A stretch of DNA of 64,000 nucleotides from the NCBI GenBank assembly GCA_048887225.1, contig JBHLJY010000004.1:128001-192000 (forward strand), in the 5' to 3' direction. Below, piece after piece: positions 39,625-49,268 of the stretch; the first letter of the stretch is position 1, and every line of letters begins with the position of its first letter. Both the position numbers and the translations under genes were made by a program. The notes beneath the pieces are model-generated. The model saw only the letters and a program-made list of their open reading frames with translations. It ran no database searches and was not told where the DNA came from. The DNA comes from Candidatus Hodarchaeota archaeon. Lineage in GTDB: Archaea > Asgardarchaeota > Lokiarchaeia > Sigyniarchaeales > SOKP01.

Positions 39625-40526
39625 AACTCCTTTGTCTTTTTTAATGGAATGTCGAATTCTTCTAATAAAGGAATAAGATGCTGTTTATCAGCAGAGTTAG
39701 TGCCTTTCCAGTCGATAATAAAGCAATCAATGGATTCTAAATTATTAGATATCATCATCTGAATCATTTCTTTATTTAACTCTTGAATATAATACTTAGG
39801 GCAGATAAATGATACTGCTACGTTTTTAAGAGTTATGAGTTTTCTGAATTGAGGGGCATAATGAGTACCGCCAAAACCAATACCAATCTCGGGGAACTTT
39901 CTCTTTTGTGCCTCGGTATATTCTAAGCATGTTTGAAGAATCGCATGAGCTACCACTTGACCTGCTTTTTCAATCTCCCATTCTGCCTCATGACTCCCTA
40001 ACTCCATAAATATTAATGGTTTTTCTAAAGTTGTTGGACCATGATGAGTTACTTCGATATCTAAGGAAAAATCTGTCATTTCTTTAACGTAAATCTGCTC
40101 TTGTAAGGATATATAAGAAGCTTTTAGTAAAATAGCACTTGTTTTACATAATTCGTAAGGATTTCCTCCAAAATCTGCATTGGCTCCCCAGTTTCCCGTT
40201 GTATGAGTCAAAAAAGCGGGTCTGGCAGCTTCAGACCGATGACGACTGGCAAAAATTAGTAAATCAGGGTTAATTATTGTGTCTTCTAACTTTAAATCAT
40301 TGAATTGGATTAAAGGATCATCAGTTAAGCCAATAAATATTTGATTTTCAGAGAAAAAAGGATTCCAATCCCTTTTGGAGATAACTATTTCTAATTCCAA
40401 TAATGGATGTTCATGCCATTTTGTACCGACTTCCTTGAACTTAAAAAGATTATCTCCTATAAAATTTTCTCGAATATTCATAGAGGCCTTGTCTTCAGTA
40501 GAAGTTATTATTAAAAATTGTGTCAA
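39621..40526 (-). CDS. dtdA: archaeal D-aminoacyl-tRNA deacylase (DTD2)
   Basis: S..D.ASMNI, FASRHRS, LT.H.TGN, FGG, EVTHHGPT, FMELGS...EW, GFGGTHYAP.F, DWKG. Confidence 0.93.
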   Translation of the reverse strand: MTQFLIITSTEDKASMNIRENFIGDNLFKFKEVGTKWHEHPLLELEIVISKRDWNPFFSENQIFIGLTDDPLIQFNDLKLEDTIINPDLLIFASRHRSEAARPAFLTHTTGNWGANADFGGNPYELCKTSAILLKASYISLQEQIYVKEMTDFSLDIEVTHHGPTTLEKPLIFMELGSHEAEWEIEKAGQVVAHAILQTCLEYTEAQKRKFPEIGIGFGGTHYAPQFRKLITLKNVAVSFICPKYYIQELNKEMIQMMISNNLESIDCFIIDWKGTNSADKQHLIPLLEEFDIPLKKTKEF

Positions 40527-40760
40527 ATATACGTCACCGAAAACTTGTATTTCTTTAATTAAATAATTTCTCTTCTAATACACAAAAAAGATATATACCT
40601 TACAATTATTATCCTCATTTTAAAAATTTTTACAAGTTTAATATAAATTTAAAAAACAATATTTTTATATAATATTAAAAAATAAAGCCCTAATTTTTTT
40701 TAAAAGTATTCTATAAAAAGATTCTTTTAAACAGAATTAAATAGATTAAAGGAGAAATAA

Positions 40761-41153
40761 TTGGCCAAAATTATTCAAGACCTCTGGATTTTAACACAAA
40801 CTGGTACCGTTGTGTTTAAACGAGTTTTTAATGCAAAAGTTGACGCTCAATTATTTGGAGGGCTTATGAGTGCGTTAACAATTTTTGCAAACGAACTTAC
40901 GAGTGGTGGTCTTAGTAATTTTGAATTAAGTTCTATAAAATTTACTATTTTTAAAAGCAAGGATTTCTTATTTGTCATTAATACGACAAAAAAATATAAA
41001 GAAAAACAACTTCAAAAAGAATTGGATAAATTAGCTGAGAAATTTTTTGATAAATATCCTTTAAATTGGTTCAACTCTAGATGGGATGGCGATATTACTA
41101 TATTCGATGATTTTGAAAAAGATATCGAAGACGTATTGCAACCAATCAAATAA
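40761..41153 (+). CDS. longin/roadblock-like small protein
   Basis: IQDLWILTQTG..VF, QLFGGLMSAL..FA.EL, L..L...F...Y, WDGD...F..F pattern typical of Asgard longin-like proteins. Confidence 0.65.
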   Translation: MAKIIQDLWILTQTGTVVFKRVFNAKVDAQLFGGLMSALTIFANELTSGGLSNFELSSIKFTIFKSKDFLFVINTTKKYKEKQLQKELDKLAEKFFDKYPLNWFNSRWDGDITIFDDFEKDIEDVLQPIK

Positions 41154-41315
41154 AGAAAAACATTAATAGATCTTTTTCTTAATTCTTAAATTCCGACTTT
41201 TTACATTTAGTTATTTTAAAAAAACAAATTTTTAATTTATCTAATATAATCCTTAACATACTTATTTAAAATGTTCAAAAGAAAAAAATAAGAAAAATAA
41301 ATTGGAGAATTCAAA

Positions 41316-42761
41316 ATGGCTAGGCCCAGTCCACTAGACATATATGCCTTACTCGATAAGAGTAATTGCAAAGATTGCGGTTATGATACTTGTATGGCCT
41401 TTGCGACCGATTTATTAGAAAGAAAAATCACTTTAGACGATTGTAGTCATCTCAAAAAAGATCCTAAGCAAGCAAAAAAGCTCGAAAAATTAAGGGAAAT
41501 AACAACTCCTCCACAAAAGTCTGTTATAATTGGAGTTGGTGAGCGTGCTACTATTGTAGGTGGAGAAGAAGTATTAATGCGTCATCAGCTTACATACTAT
41601 AACGAAACTGCACTTTTTATTGAAATTGCTGACGACGATCCCGACTTAGAAGAAATTGCTAAATATTTAACTGATTTAAAAATTGAAAGAATTGGCGATG
41701 TTCTTAGAATTAATGGTATCGCTCTAAGATGTGTATCAGGGGATATTGATCAATTTAAATTAGCCACGAAAAAAATTGCAGAGGTTTCGGATCTTCCCCT
41801 TATGTTATGCTGCTTTAATCCAGAAATATTATTAGCAGCCGCCACAGAAATAAAAAATAAAAGGCCTTTATTATACGCGGCAACTAAAGATTCTTGGGAA
41901 CAAGTTGGAACTTTTGCCATACAAAACAATTTACCTATTGCCGCGGTATCGAGTGATTTAAATGAATTAGTTTCTTTAAGTGCCACCTTAAAAAAATTAG
42001 GCGCAAAGGAGATCATATTAGATCCGGGAACTTTCTTTGGGCCCGGAAAGTTAACATTTACATACGATAATATAATGCAATTAAGAAATGCTGCCATTGA
42101 TAAAGAGGATCCTAACGCTGGTTGGCCAATAATGGGTGTTCCAGCTGCCTATTGGGCTCAAATAGATACCAGTCAAGGGGATTTATGGACTCATCAATAC
42201 CAAGAAGTAATTATGGGAGCTATCTTAGAGTCAATTGATATTTCTTTGATAGTACTGCACACTGGTCAAAAGAAAGACGAGATCTGGGCATTATTGGCCT
42301 TAATGACCCTACGGCAAAGTGTGTTTTCTGATCCAAGAATCTACCCAGCAGTTGACCCTGGACTGTATCAAATTGGAGAGCCTGGGGATATGGCACCAAT
42401 ATTTGTAACCTCAAATTATAGATTAACAAAGATTCCAGTAGAAATAGACATTAAAGGTGCTAACCTTGATTGTTGGCTCCTAGTTGTAGATAGTGAAGGA
42501 ATTGGAATTGAATCTGCCGTAGCTGGAGGACAGTTTAATGCAACTGCCATTGCTGAAGCTGTAAAAGAATATAATGCATTTGACAAAGTAAAACACAGAA
42601 TTTTAATAATTCCTGGTATGGCAGCCAGATTAAGCGGAGCATTAGAAGATGAAGCTGATGCTTTTGTCGTAGTTGGTCCGCGAGACAGCTCTGGCATCAA
42701 AAAATTCTACGATACTCAATGGGATCCAGAAGGGTTCATGAAGGAATACGCAGAACGCTGA
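41316..42761 (+). CDS. cdhE: acetyl-CoA decarbonylase/synthase gamma subunit (corrinoid Fe-S protein large subunit)
   Basis: NCKDCG..TCMAFA...C, GGEEVL.RH, RPLLYAAT, FSDP, VTSNY.LT, AVAGG, IIPGMAA, VGPRDSSGI. Confidence 0.95.
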   Translation: MARPSPLDIYALLDKSNCKDCGYDTCMAFATDLLERKITLDDCSHLKKDPKQAKKLEKLREITTPPQKSVIIGVGERATIVGGEEVLMRHQLTYYNETALFIEIADDDPDLEEIAKYLTDLKIERIGDVLRINGIALRCVSGDIDQFKLATKKIAEVSDLPLMLCCFNPEILLAAATEIKNKRPLLYAATKDSWEQVGTFAIQNNLPIAAVSSDLNELVSLSATLKKLGAKEIILDPGTFFGPGKLTFTYDNIMQLRNAAIDKEDPNAGWPIMGVPAAYWAQIDTSQGDLWTHQYQEVIMGAILESIDISLIVLHTGQKKDEIWALLALMTLRQSVFSDPRIYPAVDPGLYQIGEPGDMAPIFVTSNYRLTKIPVEIDIKGANLDCWLLVVDSEGIGIESAVAGGQFNATAIAEAVKEYNAFDKVKHRILIIPGMAARLSGALEDEADAFVVVGPRDSSGIKKFYDTQWDPEGFMKEYAER

Positions 42762-42797
42762 GTTTAAACATATTTATTACTTTTTTTATATTTTCAT

Positions 42798-43454
42798 TTA
42801 AAATAAGGAATATATTTTTTCTGTTGTTATTTCTTTAATACTCTTCAAAATTATAGTTTTAGAAGTCCCTGAATGTTTTAATTGTTCGGCTGTATGATTT
42901 CCAGATAATAAACCTATAAAAGGACAACCTAACATTTCAGCAAACTCTTTGTCGTTAGGGTGATCTCCAATAACAACAAATTTATAATCTGGATATTTAT
43001 TAAAAAGAATTTCCTTCAATCTATAATCAATTTTACTCTTTCGTTCGTTAGTTTCTCCTAAAATAAAATCGAAGTATTTATCAATTTCCAGATATCTTAA
43101 CAATTTCAATGCCATTTCTTGTTTTTTTGATGTAACCACCCCTAAAATAAATCCTCGTGTTTTAAATTCCTCCAATTTTTTTATTACATCAGGGAATAGA
43201 TTCACTTGATAAATTCCCTTAGAACCATAATAATCCCTAAACATAGATGTAAGTAATGACGTCTCGAAATCTGTAACTCTAGCAAACATAATATCCAACG
43301 GAATTCCAATCAGTTCTTCTATTTTGAGATTATTTAAAGGTGGGATATTATATCTTTCTAGAGCATAGTTAAATGAGTTTACAATGCCTTTCTTATTATC
43401 AATAAGAGTAAAATCTAAATCGAAACTTAGAATAATTTTATTTTTAGGTTTCAT
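42798..43454 (-). CDS. HAD hydrolase (phosphoglycolate phosphatase-like)
   Basis: FDLDFTLID, GVVTSK, IGD..ND. Confidence 0.88.
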   Translation of the reverse strand: MKPKNKIILSFDLDFTLIDNKKGIVNSFNYALERYNIPPLNNLKIEELIGIPLDIMFARVTDFETSLLTSMFRDYYGSKGIYQVNLFPDVIKKLEEFKTRGFILGVVTSKKQEMALKLLRYLEIDKYFDFILGETNERKSKIDYRLKEILFNKYPDYKFVVIGDHPNDKEFAEMLGCPFIGLLSGNHTAEQLKHSGTSKTIILKSIKEITTEKIYSLF

Positions 43455-43536
43455 CAGTTAAATTAATTGAAGGTATTTTTTACAATAAAAATAATCGCTT
43501 TAAATTTAAAAATAAATAGAAAAAGAATTTTAAGAT

Positions 43537-44925
43537 TTATTTACTTTTTGTAATAAACGCTTTTCTCTTAATTATTAGAATCAATGAAATTAGGGGAATG
43601 ATTATAAATATTACATAGTAATTTCCAAATGATATTACTGCTCTCTCATCGTCATCATCGTCATCATCATCACCAGTAGGGATACCTCCAGGTGGACTTG
43701 TTACCGTTAATAGGGGATCTCCAAGTATAGTCATTCCGTGCCAAATTCTTTGAGTTAATTTAGTGGGTGTCCATACATCATTATTATTAAACCAACTAAC
43801 GAATGAATCGCCAATTGATTTACCATTTTTTAAAGGATCATAAAAATATTTATATAAATCCATTCCTCCTGATTTTGAACTACATAATACAGTCAAAGTG
43901 TTATTGGAAAAAAGGTATTGTGTACCCAAGCTATCTTTATGTGTATAATTACCATTGTAACATGCATAGAGATTATAGAATAGAGGTTGGGTATTTAGAG
44001 CATTTAATGTTACGGTATCAAACGTGCCTTCAACAGGATTTGGTTGTACTCCAGTTATCATACCAAATAGATGATCAGATTCATTAGAATGACATAAGAG
44101 ATGAACCCATTCATAGTCTAAGGTCAAATTATTCTTATAATTTGTTGGGTTTGTAGTTGCATTGGTACTATGAACAATTCGCTCAGCTCCAGTATAAGTA
44201 CTGAAGCTACTTGTCCATCCTGGAATCCAACTTGGTCTCGCCCATTCATCATCTATATATAGCATACCTTTATGTGGTCTTGAAAGTTTTCCAGTTCTAT
44301 ACTCATGGTTTCGTTTAAAATATTCTCGAAGTGCCTTAGACTGGTTAATACCACTTAAAGGGAGTGGATTAATACGTGCAACCCATATTTCAGGTTGTAC
44401 ATCACTCCCAGGTAGCGCGGGTGGGTTAGTATTATGATCATCATAGATACCATCTGGTATAGTATCACACCAAAAAGCATCTAAATCCATAAGATATAAG
44501 TCACATGGATATATTCCCCACGGATCTGGAAAATTCAAATCATTATACCATACATATGGAAATTCTCCAATAAGTATCGCACCTTTTAGACCTAAAGCAT
44601 ATTCAGCAGTTAGATTAATTTTCAGTAATTGTGCGGTAGGAAACATAGTATTATTGATAATTTTGACGGTATAACTATTATTATTTATTATATCTTGCTT
44701 ATATTGATCTACTTCGTTAGTAATGTTAGCATAGATTGTAGAATTAACATAAATTATAACACGCCCTTTAGCACTCGTTATTGGCACAAAAGCACTATCA
44801 TTGCCATCATCTTCTTTACTAAGCCCTTCAGATTGTAAAACATCAGAAAACCATATATTTGAAACCCCCGCTAAAACTAAGGTAAATGCAATTAATATGA
44901 TTACTGTTATATTCGAGTTTCGCAT
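43537..44925 (-). CDS. secreted/anchored peptidase C25 (gingipain-like) with C-terminal poly-Asp + TM + basic tail
   Basis: Signal-like N-terminus; GAILIG..P, CDLY.MDLD, PEIWVARI, putative His (LCHS) and Cys (YACYNG), LGDP.L; tail DDDDDDD-ERAVISFGNYY-TM-KRK. Confidence 0.75.
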   Translation of the reverse strand: MRNSNITVIILIAFTLVLAGVSNIWFSDVLQSEGLSKEDDGNDSAFVPITSAKGRVIIYVNSTIYANITNEVDQYKQDIINNNSYTVKIINNTMFPTAQLLKINLTAEYALGLKGAILIGEFPYVWYNDLNFPDPWGIYPCDLYLMDLDAFWCDTIPDGIYDDHNTNPPALPGSDVQPEIWVARINPLPLSGINQSKALREYFKRNHEYRTGKLSRPHKGMLYIDDEWARPSWIPGWTSSFSTYTGAERIVHSTNATTNPTNYKNNLTLDYEWVHLLCHSNESDHLFGMITGVQPNPVEGTFDTVTLNALNTQPLFYNLYACYNGNYTHKDSLGTQYLFSNNTLTVLCSSKSGGMDLYKYFYDPLKNGKSIGDSFVSWFNNNDVWTPTKLTQRIWHGMTILGDPLLTVTSPPGGIPTGDDDDDDDDERAVISFGNYYVIFIIIPLISLILIIKRKAFITKSK

Positions 44926-45053
44926 AATTTAATCATTTTGGTTTTTTTATATTATTGAAAATAGTATTATAGTAAGAATATTAAGGAATAATATGATGTC
45001 TTTAATATTTAAAATTATTTCGCAATTATGGAAATTTTTGTCCAAACTTATAA

Positions 45054-46736
45054 TTAAGAAAGCAAATTAGTGGGCGGTTGAAGACCTTTAAACAAGGAAA
45101 GGGTATACATAATTTCTTCTGAGCCCTCAATTAACCTCCTTAAGTTATAAGGAAAGTTTTGAAACTCAACCTTTCTGCCCTCGTAGACCCAATCTATGAT
45201 CATTTTTATCATTTCTTTATATTTTTTGATCGTATTACCTTCTGAATCTATTTCCGATATGATTTTCCACGCTTTTTTTAATTTCCCATTAAGAATAAGG
45301 GATAAAGAGGCTAATACGTAAGAATGGACTATATGTGAATAGCCGATTTTTTTCAAATTTGCTGCTCGATAATAATATCTATAAACAGACCTTACAGCTT
45401 GCCTTAAAAAATAATCTTGTGCAATATCTAATTGCTCATAAAATTTTATGCTTTCTAGAAGGAGTGTAGCTGCTGTGTAAAATTGCTTATTTTTTATACC
45501 TTCTTTGGCGATTTTCTTTAATCCACTGATAATTTGGTTAAATATTCCATATCGGTTAAATTCTAAGTTTCCTTCAACTGCTATATCATAAGCATTTAAA
45601 TACCATTCGGTAGATTGATAAAAATCCCCAATTTTCCAAAAATTATCTCCTGCTTTGATGCAATGCTTATAAGACATTTCAAAATTGTTTAAATCCTGAA
45701 ATATATCCGCCGCATCAAGAAAATTTATTGCTGCTTGAGAATAATCTTCATCCTTTTCAATATAATTTCCAGCTAAAATAAAGCAAGAAGCAGATTCAAT
45801 TAGGTTATCAGTACTTTCTTTATAACACAAACCAGCAGCACGGTAATATCTAGCTATTTTCTGAAAATTTTCTGCATTTTTTTCTAAACTCTCTGCTAAA
45901 TTAATATATGCCCCTGCCTCCTTTCTTGAATAATTAAGATATTGTTCCTCATCGTCTAAGGTCTTATAGAGATTTTTTAATATTTGACATATTTGAGCTA
46001 ATTCTAAGTTTTCGTTCTTTTCTTCAAATTCATGAAATAAATTTGAGAAAAAATCTATTCCATCTAAAACAATATTTTTAGATGTATTATAATCGTCTAA
46101 TTCTTCGAAGCAAAGAGCAATTTGTTGATAAGAAAACGATAAAATATCATAATACTTATAAATTTTTGCGATCTCGATTACATCCTGGTAAGATTTAGTA
46201 GCTTTTTTAAAATTAGACGCCTTTACGTATAATTCGGCTATATTTTGATAATTTTGAGTTAGTTTTCTCGTTTCAACGTTACTCCCATTGTTAAAGCCCT
46301 TCAAAAGTTTGTTTTCTTGCTCCAAATATTTAATACTTTTTAAAATATTATCTTTTTTTGATTTATCGTCTTGAAATTTTTCACCATAGATCTCAGCGAT
46401 TTTTAAATAAATTTCAGCAATTTCGTGTAATTTAGCTTGAATAGTAAAATTCTCAATTAATTTTTCCCATAACTTTATGTTATGCTTATATAATTCAAGG
46501 GCATATGAAAAATCAAGATCCTCTAAAATTTCAGCTGCAGAATAAATAAATTCTCCTGCTTCCCAAATTTCTCCTGATTCGGCAAGCTCGTTTGAAAACC
46601 TAATTGATATTTTAACAATTAGTTGAATTGAATTTTTCTTTTTATTTTTATCGATGATTTTTTGTACATATCCTACAGAATCTCTTAGTCTCTCTAAAAA
46701 ATCTGTGTAATCACTGTAATCCTCTTCTTCAAGAAT
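45054..46736 (-). CDS. alpha-SNAP-like/TPR helical repeat protein; ATT start
   Basis: Frame open for 137 more codons upstream of the tracked TTG (ILEEEDYSDYTDFLERL...) back to an in-frame TGA; repeats of the A..Y..AA.CY type (ARYYRAAGLCY, AAINFLDAADIF). Confidence 0.7.
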   Translation of the reverse strand: MLEEEDYSDYTDFLERLRDSVGYVQKIIDKNKKKNSIQLIVKISIRFSNELAESGEIWEAGEFIYSAAEILEDLDFSYALELYKHNIKLWEKLIENFTIQAKLHEIAEIYLKIAEIYGEKFQDDKSKKDNILKSIKYLEQENKLLKGFNNGSNVETRKLTQNYQNIAELYVKASNFKKATKSYQDVIEIAKIYKYYDILSFSYQQIALCFEELDDYNTSKNIVLDGIDFFSNLFHEFEEKNENLELAQICQILKNLYKTLDDEEQYLNYSRKEAGAYINLAESLEKNAENFQKIARYYRAAGLCYKESTDNLIESASCFILAGNYIEKDEDYSQAAINFLDAADIFQDLNNFEMSYKHCIKAGDNFWKIGDFYQSTEWYLNAYDIAVEGNLEFNRYGIFNQIISGLKKIAKEGIKNKQFYTAATLLLESIKFYEQLDIAQDYFLRQAVRSVYRYYYRAANLKKIGYSHIVHSYVLASLSLILNGKLKKAWKIISEIDSEGNTIKKYKEMIKMIIDWVYEGRKVEFQNFPYNLRRLIEGSEEIMYTLSLFKGLQPPTNLLS

Positions 46737-47012
46737 CTTACGATCAACTCATTAAAACTAAGTAAAGATCACTTATTGAAATTAATTGAAAAATAAAAAG
46801 AAATGGTTTTTCAGAATCAGCTGTAGACTTTTAAAAACAACAATCCATAATTCTAAGAAAATTAATCGATTTTACAATAAAGTAAATACCTCAAACTTAT
46901 AAATCTAAACAATAACTATAAAATATGAGTAATGTAAATAATTATTTAAATGAAAATTATCTTAATATAATTATAAAATATAAATTAAATTATCAAGGAT
47001 GGTAAAAAAAGA

Positions 47013-47222
47013 ATGAAACAAGTTTCAGAACTGTTAGAAACCGGGATATATGAGACATTTACTCCAGACAGATCGATGACAGTCAGAGATTTGCTCAAAG
47101 AGCTGAATCTCGAAGGAAAATACTTCGGAATCCTTATAAATGGAAAGAAAGCAACCGAAGATATGACTATAAAAGAAACCGACGAAATAGTGATCCTACC
47201 ACACATAGCTGGTGGATTGTAA
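47013..47222 (+). CDS. ThiS/MoaD/SAMP ubiquitin-like protein
   Basis: MTVRDLL.EL.L.....ILING......I...DEIVILPHIAGG-L. Confidence 0.88.
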   Translation: MKQVSELLETGIYETFTPDRSMTVRDLLKELNLEGKYFGILINGKKATEDMTIKETDEIVILPHIAGGL

Positions 47223-47371
47223 AGAATTAAATAACTTTTTTTTATCTCACTTTTTTTAAAGGATTTAATGCAAAGATAATACAATTAATTTTAAAATTTT
47301 ATACGATTCTTTAAAATTAATAACTTAAATTTTGCTAGAATTTCTAAAAAATTCTTAAGGATTAGCTAATA

Positions 47372-48232
47372 ATGGAAATTTTTAATGAAATGGAAGAGAG
47401 ATATGTAGAAACTAATGGAATAACACTTCACACTGTTATAATTGGTTCTGGAGAACCTTTAATGTTATTGCATGGTTTTCCAGATTTTTGGTATGGATGG
47501 AGAGATATTATTTTAGGTCTAAAGGATACATATCAGTTAATCGTTCCTGATATGCGAGGGTATAACACTTCTGACAAGCCAGAGGGAGTAGAAAATTATA
47601 CGTTAGAGATTTTGGTTGAAGATATCAGAGGATTAAGCGAAAAATTAAATTTGGGTAGATTTTCACTAGCAGGACATGATTGGGGCGGACCTGTAGCGTG
47701 GGGATTTGCGGAGAAATATCCAGAATCATTGAAAAAATTGATACTTTGCAATGGACCTCACCCAATAGTAATGAGAGAATCCCTTGGTAAATCTAAAGCT
47801 CAACAGAAAGCAAGTTCCTACATATTAAAATTTATAAAGCCTAATAGTGCGGGTGAATTAATGGCTAATGATTTTCAATTTTTAAAGCTTGTAGTATTTG
47901 GAATGCCAAAAAAAAAGAATGCTTTAAGTGAGTTTGATAAGGAAAAATATATAGAAGCTTGGTCCCAACCAGGAGCTATAAATGCAGGATTAAATTATTA
48001 TCGTGCGGCAGTTAAATCAATGTTCGGAGGAGGAGATTGGACTGGAATAATAAATGTTCCAACTTTGGTTATTCACGGTATGAAAGATATTGCTTTAACA
48101 CCTAAAATATTAGAAGGTTTATCAGATTACGTAAAAGATTTAAAAATCGTGCGAATTGAGAATGCCTCTCATTGGGTAATGGTAGACGAGCCAGAAGTGG
48201 TTATTTCAAGCATAAAAAAGTTTATAAATTAA
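47372..48232 (+). CDS. alpha/beta hydrolase, epoxide hydrolase-like
   Basis: LLHGFP, PDMRGY..SDKP, GHDWGG, NYYRA, HG..D..L, SHW. Confidence 0.92.
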   Translation: MEIFNEMEERYVETNGITLHTVIIGSGEPLMLLHGFPDFWYGWRDIILGLKDTYQLIVPDMRGYNTSDKPEGVENYTLEILVEDIRGLSEKLNLGRFSLAGHDWGGPVAWGFAEKYPESLKKLILCNGPHPIVMRESLGKSKAQQKASSYILKFIKPNSAGELMANDFQFLKLVVFGMPKKKNALSEFDKEKYIEAWSQPGAINAGLNYYRAAVKSMFGGGDWTGIINVPTLVIHGMKDIALTPKILEGLSDYVKDLKIVRIENASHWVMVDEPEVVISSIKKFIN

Positions 48233-48278
48233 AAGCTTATATTTCAAATTTTTTTTGTATTTCCATTGAAGGCTTCTG

Positions 48279-49259
48279 TTATTTTAGAGTTATTCTTAAC
48301 AAGTCTTTAGCTAAAATAGTGTTTGGAAATATTTTTTTTGCCTCTTCAAGTAATTTTAATGCTTCTTCTTGATATCTCGAAGAAATATGAGTTAGTATCA
48401 ATTGTTTGGCGTTCATATTTTTAGCGTCATTTGCGGCATCCACGGAAGTTGAATGTTTTCTTTCATCTGCTATATCCTTTAATTTAGAGCTAAAGGTTGC
48501 TTCGTGTATTACAATGTCAGAATTTTTTCCTAAATCGATTAATGCTTGGCATGGGCTTGTGTCTGCTGAATATATTATTTTTCGTCCAATTCTTTGAGGT
48601 CCTACGACTCTTTCTTTTACGGGATCAATGATTTTATCATTAAAATTAATAGATTCCCCTTTTTGGAGTTTTTTCCACAATCTACTTTCAGGGATTCCTA
48701 ATTCCCTGGCCCTATCAGGATTAAACTTTCCATAGCGCGGCTTTTCATTAAAAGAATAAGCGAATGTTATTACAGAATGATCAACGAGCGCATATTTTAT
48801 AAGGTATCTATTAGTTTCGTAAACAACATCTTTAATTATTTGGGTAGAATTAGTAGAATTTTCAGTATCTAATCCATTAAACTCAATTAAAGCATTATTC
48901 ACGTGATCAATTTCGATAATTTTTATAGAGTAATTTGCTTTAAGTCCGAGAATTTTTCTATGAAGAAATAAGTAAAGAAAAAGATTTTTTGGTCCAATTA
49001 TCGTGAGTGGAGCAGTTCTATCGATTAAACCAAATCTAAACAATAAACCAGGAAGTCCGATTATGTGATCTCCATGAAAATGGGATATTAAAATAATCAA
49101 TGGTTTATTGAATTTTAATCCAGCACCGTTAAAATTGCGTTGAATGTCTTCTCCACAATCGAATAAAATAATGTGGTTTCGAAATTTTAAAGCGGTTGCT
49201 GGTAAATTTCGATTCTTAACAGGAATAGCGGCAGATGAGCCAAGGATAATAAGTTCCAT
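48279..49259 (-). CDS. rnz: ribonuclease Z
   Basis: LGSSAAIP..RN, FDCGE, SHFHGDHIIGLPG, exosite GKF...A.ELGIP, YSADT, HEATF, HST, LTHISSRY. Confidence 0.96.
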   Translation of the reverse strand: MELIILGSSAAIPVKNRNLPATALKFRNHIILFDCGEDIQRNFNGAGLKFNKPLIILISHFHGDHIIGLPGLLFRFGLIDRTAPLTIIGPKNLFLYLFLHRKILGLKANYSIKIIEIDHVNNALIEFNGLDTENSTNSTQIIKDVVYETNRYLIKYALVDHSVITFAYSFNEKPRYGKFNPDRARELGIPESRLWKKLQKGESINFNDKIIDPVKERVVGPQRIGRKIIYSADTSPCQALIDLGKNSDIVIHEATFSSKLKDIADERKHSTSVDAANDAKNMNAKQLILTHISSRYQEEALKLLEEAKKIFPNTILAKDLLRITLK

Positions 49260-49268
49260 TGATTTTCA

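Noticed and set aside
43646-43671. (TCA/TCG)n microsatellite
   Set aside because: Encodes the poly-Asp linker of the C25 protein.
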